Source: an uncultured Actinomycetota bacterium
Lineage (GTDB): Bacteria; Actinomycetota; Acidimicrobiia; Acidimicrobiales; Bog-793
Assembly: GCA_963735115.1 (NCBI GenBank)
Contig: CAVTJR010000001.1
Coordinates: 401,958-465,957 of the forward strand
Direction: 5' to 3'
Length of the DNA: 64,000 nucleotides
Made by a program: the position numbers and the translations under genes. The notes under the pieces are model-generated. The model was not told the origin of the DNA. It ran no database searches and saw only the letters and a list, made by a program, of their open reading frames with translations. Below, in pieces: positions 44,674 through 53,682 of the stretch. Each line of letters begins with the position of its first letter. Position 1 is the first letter of the stretch.

Positions 44674-44696
44674 CCACTGAACTGGGCTTTATTGCG

Positions 44697-44769
44697 TGGG
44701 CCCGGTGGGGATCGAACCCACGACCGAAGGATTATGAGTCCTCTGCTCTAACCACTGAGCTACGGGCCC
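44697..44769 (-). tRNA. tRNA-Met (CAT) (elongator type; Ile2-lysidine type cannot be excluded)
   Basis: Reverse complement GGGCCCG-TA-GCTC-AGTGGTTA-GAGC-A-GAGGA-CTCATAA-TCCTT-CGGTC-GTGGG-TTCGATC-CCCAC-CGGGCCC-A forms a full cloverleaf. Confidence 0.9.
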
Positions 44770-45007
44770 TGCCTGGACATCTCGGGTTTCGATGTACGTC
44801 ACCCTTGTCCATCCACGACTGGCCGTGCTGAGAGGTCCCAGGCGTCAGGCCGGCCAAGAGTCGGAGAACTTCGAGTGTACGCAGACCATGACTGAGGCGA
44901 CGGGCGTACCTACGTTCGGGGCCGACCGGCGTAGGTCATCAGGTGGACCCGCCCACGGCCTCACCGATGCTAACCGTGACAGTGTCGCACCACGACCGTG
45001 GCGTCGT

Positions 45008-45892
45008 TCAAGACTGCCACCTCGACGATGTGACGCTCGTCAGTGGAATGACCGACGTGCTCTCGGTCCGATGCAGAGCGCTGACCCCCGCCACTGCCAC
45101 GATTGCGCTCGCCGTCGCCCGCACTTCGGCGACGATGTCACGATGGGTGCGACTGACCTTGCGTTGCCGAATCGAGAGCGTCAGCTGTGAGGTCAACACG
45201 GCGCCATCGGCCCCGATCTCTCGCGTGCGCGACCCCAGTTGATGACGAGCATCCTGCCGTGCCGCTTGCACGAGCTGGCTGACTCCGAGAACCTCGCACG
45301 ATGACCTCAACCGGGCACGTGCGCGGCGCTCCCGGAACGTGTCGTGCCGTATGGCGAATGACAACCCGAGCACGATTGACGCTGGCATCCATCCGGCCGT
45401 CATGAGCTTGGCGACGTCACTACCCGAAAGCGTCGTCGTGAACGGGGACCGCAAATGAGTCATTGCTTTCGAGCGCACGGCCGTGCCGGTCACGATGAAC
45501 TCGCGTACTTCGGCCTTGGCGCGCTTCTCCGTCAGCACGACATCGACGACTCCGTCAGCTCCGAGGCTCGACGCTTCCAGCACCATCCGGTCGATGGCGG
45601 AGCGCCAGGCGGAGTAGGCGGGGGCTGCGTAACTGACGTGACTCGGTGCGAGAATCGGACCGCCCTTGGCCGAGGCCACGAAGCCGCAGCCGACCTCTCC
45701 AAGACCGAACTCTCCCCAGTCCAACCACTTCGCGGCGCATCCGACGACGGGACCGATCGGTTCAAGACCGCAGGACTCAACAGCGAGGTGGCCCGCTGCC
45801 GGCAACGGACTGAAGCGAAAGCCGGACTCGGTCGCTGTCCGGATGCGGGCGAGCGCGGACGGAGGAAGGCCTGATCCGAGCCATTCAGCCAC
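45008..45892 (-). CDS. tandem YbjQ/UPF0145-like domain protein
   Basis: Two repeats of the pattern ...GADGVVDV.../...REFIVTGTAV... seen in UPF0145 proteins. From memory, moderate. Confidence 0.45.
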   Translation of the reverse strand: MAEWLGSGLPPSALARIRTATESGFRFSPLPAAGHLAVESCGLEPIGPVVGCAAKWLDWGEFGLGEVGCGFVASAKGGPILAPSHVSYAAPAYSAWRSAIDRMVLEASSLGADGVVDVVLTEKRAKAEVREFIVTGTAVRSKAMTHLRSPFTTTLSGSDVAKLMTAGWMPASIVLGLSFAIRHDTFRERRARARLRSSCEVLGVSQLVQAARQDARHQLGSRTREIGADGAVLTSQLTLSIRQRKVSRTHRDIVAEVRATASAIVAVAGVSALHRTESTSVIPLTSVTSSRWQS

Positions 45893-46050
45893 GGCCGATC
45901 ACCCTCGCCCGGTGAGGAAAGAACTCGCCACAACTTCGAGCTAATCACAGCTCCCCCAAAGGTGTGGGCGATGACTGCGCACCGCTTCGGAGGCGCAGAC
46001 CGCCTTCGGCGTCGTCACCTCTCCGAGCGGTCCCCCTACGATGAAGCGAG

Positions 46051-47784
46051 ATGATCGCGAGTCCGGACCGCTACAAGTGGGTCGCCTTGTCGAACACGAC
46101 CCTGGGCGTGCTCATGGCGACGATCGACACGTCCATCATGCTCATCGCGCTGCCGGACGTCTTCCGGGGCATCGGGATCGACCCCTTGCTCCCGGGCAAC
46201 AGCTTCTACCTGCTCTGGATGATCCTCAGCTTCATGGTCGTCACGAGCGTGCTCGTCGTCAGCCTCGGGCGCCTCGGCGACATGTTCGGCCGAGTCCGGA
46301 TCTACAACCTCGGTTTCGCCGTCTACACATTCTTCTCCCTGCTCCTGACCGTGACGTGGATGTCGGGGAGCAGCGCCGCCATCTACCTCGTCGTGATGCG
46401 GGTGTTCCAGGGTGTGGGGGCGGCAATGCTCATCGCCAACTCGGCCGCCATCCTCACCGACGCCTTCCCGGAGGACCAGCGCGGCATGGCGCTCGGTATC
46501 AACCAGGTAGCAGGCATCAGCGGCTCATTCATCGGACTCGTGCTTGGGGGCCTTCTCGGACCGATCCAATGGCGGCTCATCTTCCTCGTCTCGGTTCCCA
46601 TCGGCCTCTTCGGCACCGTCTGGGCTTACAAGAAGCTGCGGGAGCTCCCCCGGAAGCTCGACACGCACATCGACTGGCCCGGGAACGTGACGTTCGCACT
46701 TGGCCTGGTGGCCGTGATGGCAGGCATCACGTATGGCATCCAGCCGTATGGCCACCGCACGATGGGCTGGACGAGCCCGATGGTGCTGTCGTTTCTCGGA
46801 TCGGGTGTCGTGTTGCTCGTGGCCTTCTGTTTCATCGAGATCCACTCACCGGACCCGATGTTCCGGCTGCCGTTGTTCCGGATCCGGGCCTTCACCGCCG
46901 GCAGCCTCTCGAGCCTGCTGGCGTCGATTGGACGCGGCGGTCTCATGTTCATGCTGATCATCTGGTTACAGGGGATCTGGCTACCACTGCACGGCTACGA
47001 CTTCGCCCGCACCCCGCTCTGGGCTGGCATCTACATGCTGCCACTGACGGCAGGGTTTCTCATCGCCGGGCCGATCTCCGGCTACCTCTCCGACCACTTC
47101 GGGTCGCGACCATTCGCCACGGGCGGCATGCTCGCTGCCGCCGTCTCGTTCGGCTTGCTCGAGCTGCTGCCCGTGAACTTCGGCTATCCGGTCTTCGCCA
47201 GCCTGCTGCTCTTGAACGGGCTATCCATGGGGGCATTCGCCGCCCCCAACCGGGCCGGCGTCATGAACAGCCTCCCGCCGCAGCACCGCGGCGTCGGGTC
47301 GGGCATGAACTCGACGTTCCAGAACTCCGGACAGGTCTTGTCGATCGGCGTCTTCTTCACGCTGATGATCATCGGGCTCTCCGCCACGCTCCCGTCGGCC
47401 CTCTACCACGGGCTGCTGGCACATGGCGTGCCGGCTGCGGCCGCCCACCGAGCGGCCGGGCTGCCGCCCGTGTCGACGCTGTTCGCGGCGTTTCTCGGAT
47501 ACAGCCCCGTGAGCCATCTCCTTGGCCCAGGCGTCCTCTCCCATCTTCCGGCGGCTCAGCAACGACTGCTGAACGGTCGGAGCTTCTTCCCCTCACTCAT
47601 CAGCCAGCCGTTCCACCACGGACTGCATGAGGCCTTCGACTTCTCCATCATCGCCTGCCTCGTGGCAGCGGCAGCCTCCTGGCTCCGGGGCGGCAGGTTC
47701 GTCTACCACGACCCCGAAGAGGCACGCACCAGCGATGAGGCGCCTGGGCTCGTCAGCACCACGGTCGCCGCCGCCGAGCGGTAA
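46051..47784 (+). CDS. MFS transporter, 14-TMS DHA2 (EmrB/QacA-like)
   Basis: ALSNTTLGVLMATIDTSIMLIALP opening. Motif A GRLGDMFGRVRIY. Length and helix count fit DHA2. Confidence 0.85.
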   Translation: MIASPDRYKWVALSNTTLGVLMATIDTSIMLIALPDVFRGIGIDPLLPGNSFYLLWMILSFMVVTSVLVVSLGRLGDMFGRVRIYNLGFAVYTFFSLLLTVTWMSGSSAAIYLVVMRVFQGVGAAMLIANSAAILTDAFPEDQRGMALGINQVAGISGSFIGLVLGGLLGPIQWRLIFLVSVPIGLFGTVWAYKKLRELPRKLDTHIDWPGNVTFALGLVAVMAGITYGIQPYGHRTMGWTSPMVLSFLGSGVVLLVAFCFIEIHSPDPMFRLPLFRIRAFTAGSLSSLLASIGRGGLMFMLIIWLQGIWLPLHGYDFARTPLWAGIYMLPLTAGFLIAGPISGYLSDHFGSRPFATGGMLAAAVSFGLLELLPVNFGYPVFASLLLLNGLSMGAFAAPNRAGVMNSLPPQHRGVGSGMNSTFQNSGQVLSIGVFFTLMIIGLSATLPSALYHGLLAHGVPAAAAHRAAGLPPVSTLFAAFLGYSPVSHLLGPGVLSHLPAAQQRLLNGRSFFPSLISQPFHHGLHEAFDFSIIACLVAAAASWLRGGRFVYHDPEEARTSDEAPGLVSTTVAAAER

Positions 47785-47824
47785 CGGCGCTTATGGGATG
47801 CGGCCGGCGGTCCAGGGCGCCCGG

Positions 47825-47998
47825 TTACAGCCCGAAGACGCGAAGGACCTTACGAATCCCGGAGTTGCCCTTGCGATAGGCGGCGCGGCGCGCCACGCGC
47901 TTGCCGTACGCACCGGGGCCCTTGGCGGCAGCTTGCACGTTGCCGAGGTCACGGGCCGCCCGATACAACTGTCCGCGCATGCTCTTCCGTCTCGGCAT
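47825..47998 (-). CDS. small basic conserved hypothetical protein (57 aa)
   Basis: GGAGGG precedes the ATG at 47998. MPRRKSMRGQLYRAARDLGNVQAAAKGPGAYGKRVARRAAYRKG... is a motif I recall from actinobacterial genomes, function unknown. Confidence 0.5.
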   Translation of the reverse strand: MPRRKSMRGQLYRAARDLGNVQAAAKGPGAYGKRVARRAAYRKGNSGIRKVLRVFGL

Positions 47999-48071
47999 CG
48001 AAAGCCCTCCACTCAATGAAGCCCTCACGACATCGTACGGGTCGATGCACGAGCGAGGGCAGGTGCGGGCC

Positions 48072-48503
48072 TCAGTCGGCGGGATCGAGGACGACGACGG
48101 GGATTTGTCGGTCCGTCTTCGTCTGGTAGGAGCCGTAGTTCGGGTGTGCGGCCGACAGCCGTTTCCAGAGGTCGGCGCGCTCGTCTCCGGTGGCGATCCG
48201 CGCGACCATCTTCCGGGTCCGACTCCCGATGGTGGCCTCCACCTCCGGCTGGTCACGAAGATTGAGGAACCAGGCCGGATGACGGTCGTCACCACCGAAG
48301 GAGGCGACGAGCACGAAGGAGTCCCCGAGCTCGAGCGGCGTCGTCAGCATCGAGCGGCGTGTCTTGCCGCTCTTGCGGCCAGTCGTCGTCAACATCACGA
48401 CCGGCATGCCGACGAGCCTGCCGGCCAGGCGGCCGCGCGAGGAGACGAACAACAGACGGTGGAAGTCGGTAAACCCTTTGAAGTAGAGGTCTTTGAAGGC
48501 CAC
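48072..48503 (-). CDS. deazaflavin (F420)-dependent nitroreductase-family protein (DDN-like)
   Basis: TTGRKSGKTRRSMLT...GGDDRHPAWFLNLRDQPEVEATIG...ERADLWKRL...YQTKTDRQIPVVVL is the typical DDN/PPOX-split-barrel signature. Confidence 0.8.
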   Translation of the reverse strand: MAFKDLYFKGFTDFHRLLFVSSRGRLAGRLVGMPVVMLTTTGRKSGKTRRSMLTTPLELGDSFVLVASFGGDDRHPAWFLNLRDQPEVEATIGSRTRKMVARIATGDERADLWKRLSAAHPNYGSYQTKTDRQIPVVVLDPAD

Positions 48504-48690
48504 GACCGCCCCTTGTCGCCGGAGGCCCGAAGCTTAGGCGGCAACCGTCCCGCACGGGCAGCCAGGCAGCCTGCAGCTGGGCGGGCCAGAGGGCTGGCCG
48601 AGGCTCGTTGAGCATGCGGGCGTCCGCCGCTGGGCAGAGCCACGGTGCGAGGTGTAAGGCTCGGGCTCCACACGACAAGGAGCAGAGCTG

Positions 48691-49698
48691 ATGCCCGAAG
48701 CGAACCGCCGAATCGTTCTAGCCGCCCGCCCCACGGGCATGGTCGATGAGGCGACTGTGCGTCTCGAGACCGACCCCCGCCCGGAGCCGGCGCCGGGAGA
48801 GGCACTCGTGCGGGTGAACCACCTCTCGATCGATCCGACGATCCGCACCTGGATGAACGACTCCCCCGGCTACCTGCCGCCTATCGGCATCGGGGACGTC
48901 ATCCGCAGCGGGGGCATCGGCGAGGTCGTCGAAACGAAGAGCGATCGCTACCGGCTCGGCGATCTCGTCTTCGGGATGACAGGTTGGCAGGAGTATGCCA
49001 TCGCCGACGAGGCCGACCGCTCGATGCAGCCGATCCCGGAAGGGCTCGACCCGCCGACGGCACTCAACCTGTTCGGCATCAACGGCATGACGGCGTACTT
49101 CGGCCTGCTTGACGTCGGAGCGCTGCAGGAGAAGGACACCGTCGTCGTCTCGGGCGCCGCCGGCGCCACGGGCTCGACGGTGGGCCAGATCGCCAAGCTG
49201 AAGGGGGCATCGAAGGTCGTCGGCATCGCAGGCGGGCCGGAGAAGTGCGCCTACGTGGTCGACGAGCTGGGCTTCGACGGGGCCGTGGACTACCGGGCAC
49301 CGAGCCTTGGCGCCAGGCTGCACGAGCAGTGCCCGGCCGGGATCGACGTCTACTTCGACAACGTAGGCGGGACCATCCTCAACACGGCGCTCGCGCAGCT
49401 GGCAATGCGCGGTCGCGTCGTGCTGTGCGGGGCGATCGCTGCCTACAACGCCACCGAGCCCGTGCCCGGACCTGGCAACTACGTCAACCTCATACGGCGG
49501 CGGGGCCGCATGGAGGGCTTTATCATCCTCGACTACGCCAGCCGGTTCCCGCAGGCCCAACGGGAGATCTTCGCCTGGCTGCTGGAGGGCAAGCTCAAGC
49601 ACGCGGAGCACATCGTCGAAGGCCTCGAGCACGCTCCCGAGGCGCTCAACCTCCTCTTCACGGGTGGCAACACCGGCAAGGTGGTCGTGAAGCTATGA
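48691..49698 (+). CDS. NADP-dependent medium-chain oxidoreductase (YncB/PTGR1-like)
   Basis: RIVLAARPTG...LSIDPTIRTWM...VVVSGAAGATGSTVGQIAKLKGA...GKLK..EHIVEGLE.APEAL..LFTGGNTGKVVVK. Confidence 0.8.
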   Translation: MPEANRRIVLAARPTGMVDEATVRLETDPRPEPAPGEALVRVNHLSIDPTIRTWMNDSPGYLPPIGIGDVIRSGGIGEVVETKSDRYRLGDLVFGMTGWQEYAIADEADRSMQPIPEGLDPPTALNLFGINGMTAYFGLLDVGALQEKDTVVVSGAAGATGSTVGQIAKLKGASKVVGIAGGPEKCAYVVDELGFDGAVDYRAPSLGARLHEQCPAGIDVYFDNVGGTILNTALAQLAMRGRVVLCGAIAAYNATEPVPGPGNYVNLIRRRGRMEGFIILDYASRFPQAQREIFAWLLEGKLKHAEHIVEGLEHAPEALNLLFTGGNTGKVVVKL

Positions 49699-50672
49699 GC
49701 GACCCAGAGCGCCATCGCGACTTCGAGCACGACGGCATCACCATCCATGCGGTCTCACAGGGCGAGGGCCCGATCGTCCTGCTGGTGCACGGCTACCCCG
49801 AAACCTCTCACTCCTGGCGGCACCAGCTGCCGGTGCTGGCGGCAGCTGGCTATCAGGCGGTCGCCATCGACGTTCGCGGTTACGGAAGGTCGTCGCGGCC
49901 CAACGCCATCGAGGACTACTCCATGGGGCGTCTCGTCGCCGACAACGTCCGCATCGCCGAAGCCCTCGGAGCTGACGAGGTCGTGATCGTCGGGCACGAC
50001 TGGGGCGCTCCGATCGCCTGGTGCTCCGCACTGCTGCGCCCGGATCTCTTCTCGGCCCTCGTCATGCTGAGCGTGCCCTACGCACCCCCGAGCGTGCAGC
50101 AACCGACGAAGGTGTTCGCCAAGCTATTCGGGCCGGATGCCGAGTTCTACATGACGTACTTCCAGGAGCCAGGCCGTGCCGAGGCGGAGGCGGAGTCCGA
50201 CGTGCGGGCGTGGCTGTTGGGTTTCTATTACGGAGCTGCCGCCGGCGCTCCTCCCGAAGCCACCCGCTTCGCCGTCGTACCGAAGGGCCAGCGGATGAAG
50301 GACCTCCTCGTTCAACCAGAAGGCGAGCTTTCCTGGCTGCCGACGGCCGACCTCGACCACTACGTGACCGAGTTCGAGCGCTCCGGGTTCAGGGGAGGCT
50401 TGAACCGCTATCGCAACCTCGACCGCGACTGGTCAGACCTGGCGGCGTTTCGCGGCCGGCCGATCACGGTGCCGGCGTTGTTCATCGGCGGTGACAAGGA
50501 CGGGCCTACGCAGTGGGGCGCCGGTGCGATCGCCCGCTTCGGCGAGACCTTGCCTCGTTTGCGGGGCTCGCACATCCTCGAGGACTGCGGACACTGGGTG
50601 CAGCAGGAGAAACCGGACGAGGTCAATGCCCTGCTGCTCGGCTTCCTCGGCGAGGTTCGGCCGCTCGGCTGA
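49695..50672 (+). CDS. alpha/beta hydrolase (epoxide-hydrolase-like)
   Basis: ATGA overlap with the upstream gene. LLVHGYPETSHSWRHQ, nucleophile elbow GHDWGA, C-terminal ..CGHWVQQEKPDEVN. Confidence 0.85.
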   Translation: MSDPERHRDFEHDGITIHAVSQGEGPIVLLVHGYPETSHSWRHQLPVLAAAGYQAVAIDVRGYGRSSRPNAIEDYSMGRLVADNVRIAEALGADEVVIVGHDWGAPIAWCSALLRPDLFSALVMLSVPYAPPSVQQPTKVFAKLFGPDAEFYMTYFQEPGRAEAEAESDVRAWLLGFYYGAAAGAPPEATRFAVVPKGQRMKDLLVQPEGELSWLPTADLDHYVTEFERSGFRGGLNRYRNLDRDWSDLAAFRGRPITVPALFIGGDKDGPTQWGAGAIARFGETLPRLRGSHILEDCGHWVQQEKPDEVNALLLGFLGEVRPLG

Positions 50673-50724
50673 GCTCGCTACCGGCCGGCGGGCGGGTCCT
50701 GGAGGTCCTGGAGGTCCTGGGGGC

Positions 50725-53086
50725 TCAGCTGGGCTCGCCGTCGCGAGACTCCCCCGCGGCCACCGTGACGGCGAGCGTCTCCGGCACCTGCGAGCCCGCT
50801 GCCCCGGGGTAACCCATCCCCGCCTCCACCTGCCGAGGCCACCAGTTCCAACGGCCGAGGAGCGCCACGGTCGAAGGAACGAGCAGCGTACGCACGAGGA
50901 AGGTGTCCATCAGGATGCCCGCGGCCAGCCCGGACCCGATGTCTCGGATTCTGGCTGCCGCCGGAACCGCTCGAGCCCGCATACGTCAACACGGCGAAGG
51001 TCCCGGCAAGCACGAGTCCGGCCGACGTGATCGCCGGCCCCGTGAACCCGACCGCTCGGACGACGGCCTCCTTGAGCGTGTGGTCGTGCGCCTCCTCACG
51101 GATGCGCGTCATGACGAGGATGTTGTAGTCCTCGCCGAGGGCTAAGAGGAAGATGAACATCAAGAAGGGTAAGAGGAACGTCAGGCCTCCGCTGTGGCCC
51201 AGCACGATGAACACGAACGAAGCGAGGCCGAGGGCTGCGAGGTAGCTGAGTACGACGCTGGCGATCAGGTAGAAGGGCGCCACGGCGCTGCGAAGAACGA
51301 GCGCCAGCAGAATCGCGATGGCGATCACGGCAAGCGGGATGATGTGCACGAGGTCGCTGTCCGAGGTGGCGCTGATGTCGTAGAGGGCGGGCGCCTCACC
51401 GGCGACGCCATCGGCCGTGGCACCGGACGCGGTCGCCGCTTTGGCAACGACCGTGCGGATCAAGGGCACGGCGTCGAGAGCGGCCGTACTCCCAGGGTTG
51501 CCGTTGCCGGCTTTCAGGGTCGCTTCGAACTGCACGATCCGGCCCGAGGAGCTCACGAACAACGCTTCGGCTCGATATTCCTCGTAGGAGGCGAGCGAGA
51601 CCCCTTTTGGCGGCGTCGGTGACAGGGTCTTCGGTGCTCCGAATCGGGTGTGCAACTGCTGCAACTCGGCGGGCGTGAAGGGAGCGCCCCCGGGTGACAG
51701 CGGTCCGTCGATCGAGAGAAACTGACCGGAGGACCGAAGCGACTGCTCGGCGCGAACGAGGACGGACGGGTCGTTCCAGACCGAGTTCGGGTATTCGAAG
51801 ATGAGGTTCGTCGGGTTCGTGGAGGCGTGCGGGAAGTGGGCGGCGATGAGCTGGTCGCCCTGGGCGGCCTCGGTGCCAGCAGGGGCGCTTGTCGCCCCTC
51901 CGAAACCGGCCGGTTTGTAGAACGCCACCCCCGTCGCCAGCGCCCCGAACGCCACGAGACCGATCAGCAGGGTCGGCACGGGGTGCTGCACGATGCGCCC
52001 TGCCACCCGTCCCCAGGCGCCGCCCTGTGCCTGCCCGGGCCGAGGACGAGACGGCCAGAAGACTGCCCGACCGAGGATGGCCAGCAAGGCCGGCAGCAGC
52101 GTGAGACCTGCCAGCAGCATCGTGGCGATCCCGATCGCCAACGGGATGCCGAGGTCGTGATAGATGCCGAAGGAGGCGAACAGCAAGCTCAGCAATGCCA
52201 GGATGACGGTGCCGGCCGAGGCCGTGATCGATTCCCCGACACGGGCGACGGCGAGAGAGACGGCCTCCCTCGGGTCGAGGCCGTCCCGGAACCCCTCACG
52301 CACTCGGAATACGAGGAAGAGCCCGTAGTCCGTTCCCGCCCCGAGCACGATGACGATGAGGAGCAGCTGGGAGATCTGTGACACCTGCAAGCCGGCGTGA
52401 GTGCCCAGCTCGCCGATGATGGACCCGGAGAGCTCGAGGACCACGATGGCGGGCAGCAGCGTGACGAACGGGGCCAGCGCTGATCGGAAGATGAGCAGCA
52501 GGAGCACGAGGATGAACAGGATCGAGAGATCCTGGGTCTTGTTGCCGGTCGAGTTGGACTGCTTGTTCTGGTAGACGGCGTCGGCCACCTGCCCACCGAG
52601 ATAGAAGTGGAGACCCGGGGGTGGGTTCACCTTGACGAAGGTGCCTAGGAGTGCGTTCACGGTGTTCTCCGCCTTGACGGGGCTGAAACCCGCTACGTCG
52701 GCGAGCGCTGACAGCTGGATTGCCTTGTGGTCGGATGAGATGCCGACGAATTGCACGCGCTGGACGTTTTGCACCCCGCGCGCAAGGGCCGCTTCCCGCT
52801 CGATGGCGGCGAGGTCGGTGGCCGTCAGCTGGGCGTTCTTCTCATAGGCGTAGGCAACAATGGCAACGGGCTCGAGATTCTCCGTGCCGCCGAGCGGCGC
52901 CGCCAGGTTGGTGGCCCTCACGTCGGGGGCGTTCGCGGGCAGGAACGCCGTGTTGTTGTTGTTCACGACGCTCCCGAGCGAGGGGAGGAAGTAGGTGGCG
53001 AGGAATGTCCCGAGCAACCAGACGACGACGAGCACCCAGCGGAAGCGAACGGAGAAGCGACCGAGGGCCGCGAAGAAGGCGTGCAT
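50725..53086 (-). pseudogene. MMPL/RND-superfamily transporter with an apparent +1 frame disruption near the 3' end
   Basis: Starts at MHAFFAALGRFSVRFRWVLVVVWLLG (TAATG overlap with the GNAT gene). The conserved C-terminal IGSGLAAGILMDTFLVRTLLVPSTVALLGRWNWWP is only in the other frame (ORF 50725-50982). The frames switch around 50945-50955. Confidence 0.75.
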
Positions 53087-53571
53087 TACCCCGAGCCTGC
53101 CTCGCGGAGCACCGCCTCGTAAAAGCGGGCAGTTGGCAGCGGGTTGTGTCGGTACGGCTCGATCTCCACGAAGCCGACCTTGCGGTACACCTCCACGGCT
53201 TCGATCATGTCCGCCACCGTGTCGAGGCGGACTCGCTCGTAGCCGAGCCGAGCGGCAGCCTCGAGCGCACCCTCGGCCAGCTCCCGTCCGAGCCCTCGCC
53301 CGCGCGCCTGCGGCCGCAGGTACATCCGCTTCAGCTCGGCGACCACCGGCGGCTCCAGCGGGCGGATGCCGACGCACCCGACGGGCGCACCGGCCACTTC
53401 GGCCAGCAGGGCCGCCCCGGCGGGGGGGCCGTACTCGTCCTCGAGGGCCGCCAGCTCCCGGTCGATGTCCTGGAAGTCGAGTGCGAAGGGGAGCGATGCC
53501 ACGTACTCGCGAACAAGCGTGCCGAAAGCTGTGTAGTCGTCCCCCGTGGTGGCGAGGCGGATAGAAGCCAC
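53086..53571 (-). CDS. GNAT-family N-acetyltransferase
   Basis: LRPQARGRGLGRELAEGALEAAARLGYERVRLDT...VYRKVGF. Confidence 0.8.
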   Translation of the reverse strand: MASIRLATTGDDYTAFGTLVREYVASLPFALDFQDIDRELAALEDEYGPPAGAALLAEVAGAPVGCVGIRPLEPPVVAELKRMYLRPQARGRGLGRELAEGALEAAARLGYERVRLDTVADMIEAVEVYRKVGFVEIEPYRHNPLPTARFYEAVLREAGSG

Positions 53572-53682
53572 GCCCTGCAGTGTTGCAGCAGCTACACGCG
53601 GGTGCCCTTCCCTCGCCGGCGCCTCAAGGTGCTTCGGCGTTCTGCCGATAGGGAACTGTTACCGCACGAAGGTGAGGGCGTG

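Larger units (their letters stand above)
28581..44696. mobile_element. integrative mobilizable element 'E-right' (xis-int-att next to tRNA-Met; MobF relaxase; no T4SS or FtsK-like transfer gene seen)
   Basis: Bounded by att copy B and the intact tRNA. TGGGTCACG-type repeats occur at both ends. It holds int, xis, a relaxase, a TA pair, nested IS elements and a low-GC cassette. Confidence 0.75.

Noticed and set aside
50695-50721. 3 x 9-bp tandem repeat GGTCCTGGA downstream of the hydrolase gene.
   Set aside because: It is short and intergenic between convergent genes, with no associated structure. It is probably slippage noise.
52720-53682. 5' two-thirds of the 684-aa ORF 52720-54774.
   Set aside because: It is antisense to the MMPL and GNAT genes and Arg-rich. 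The NERD protein has its own RBS and ATG at 53683.
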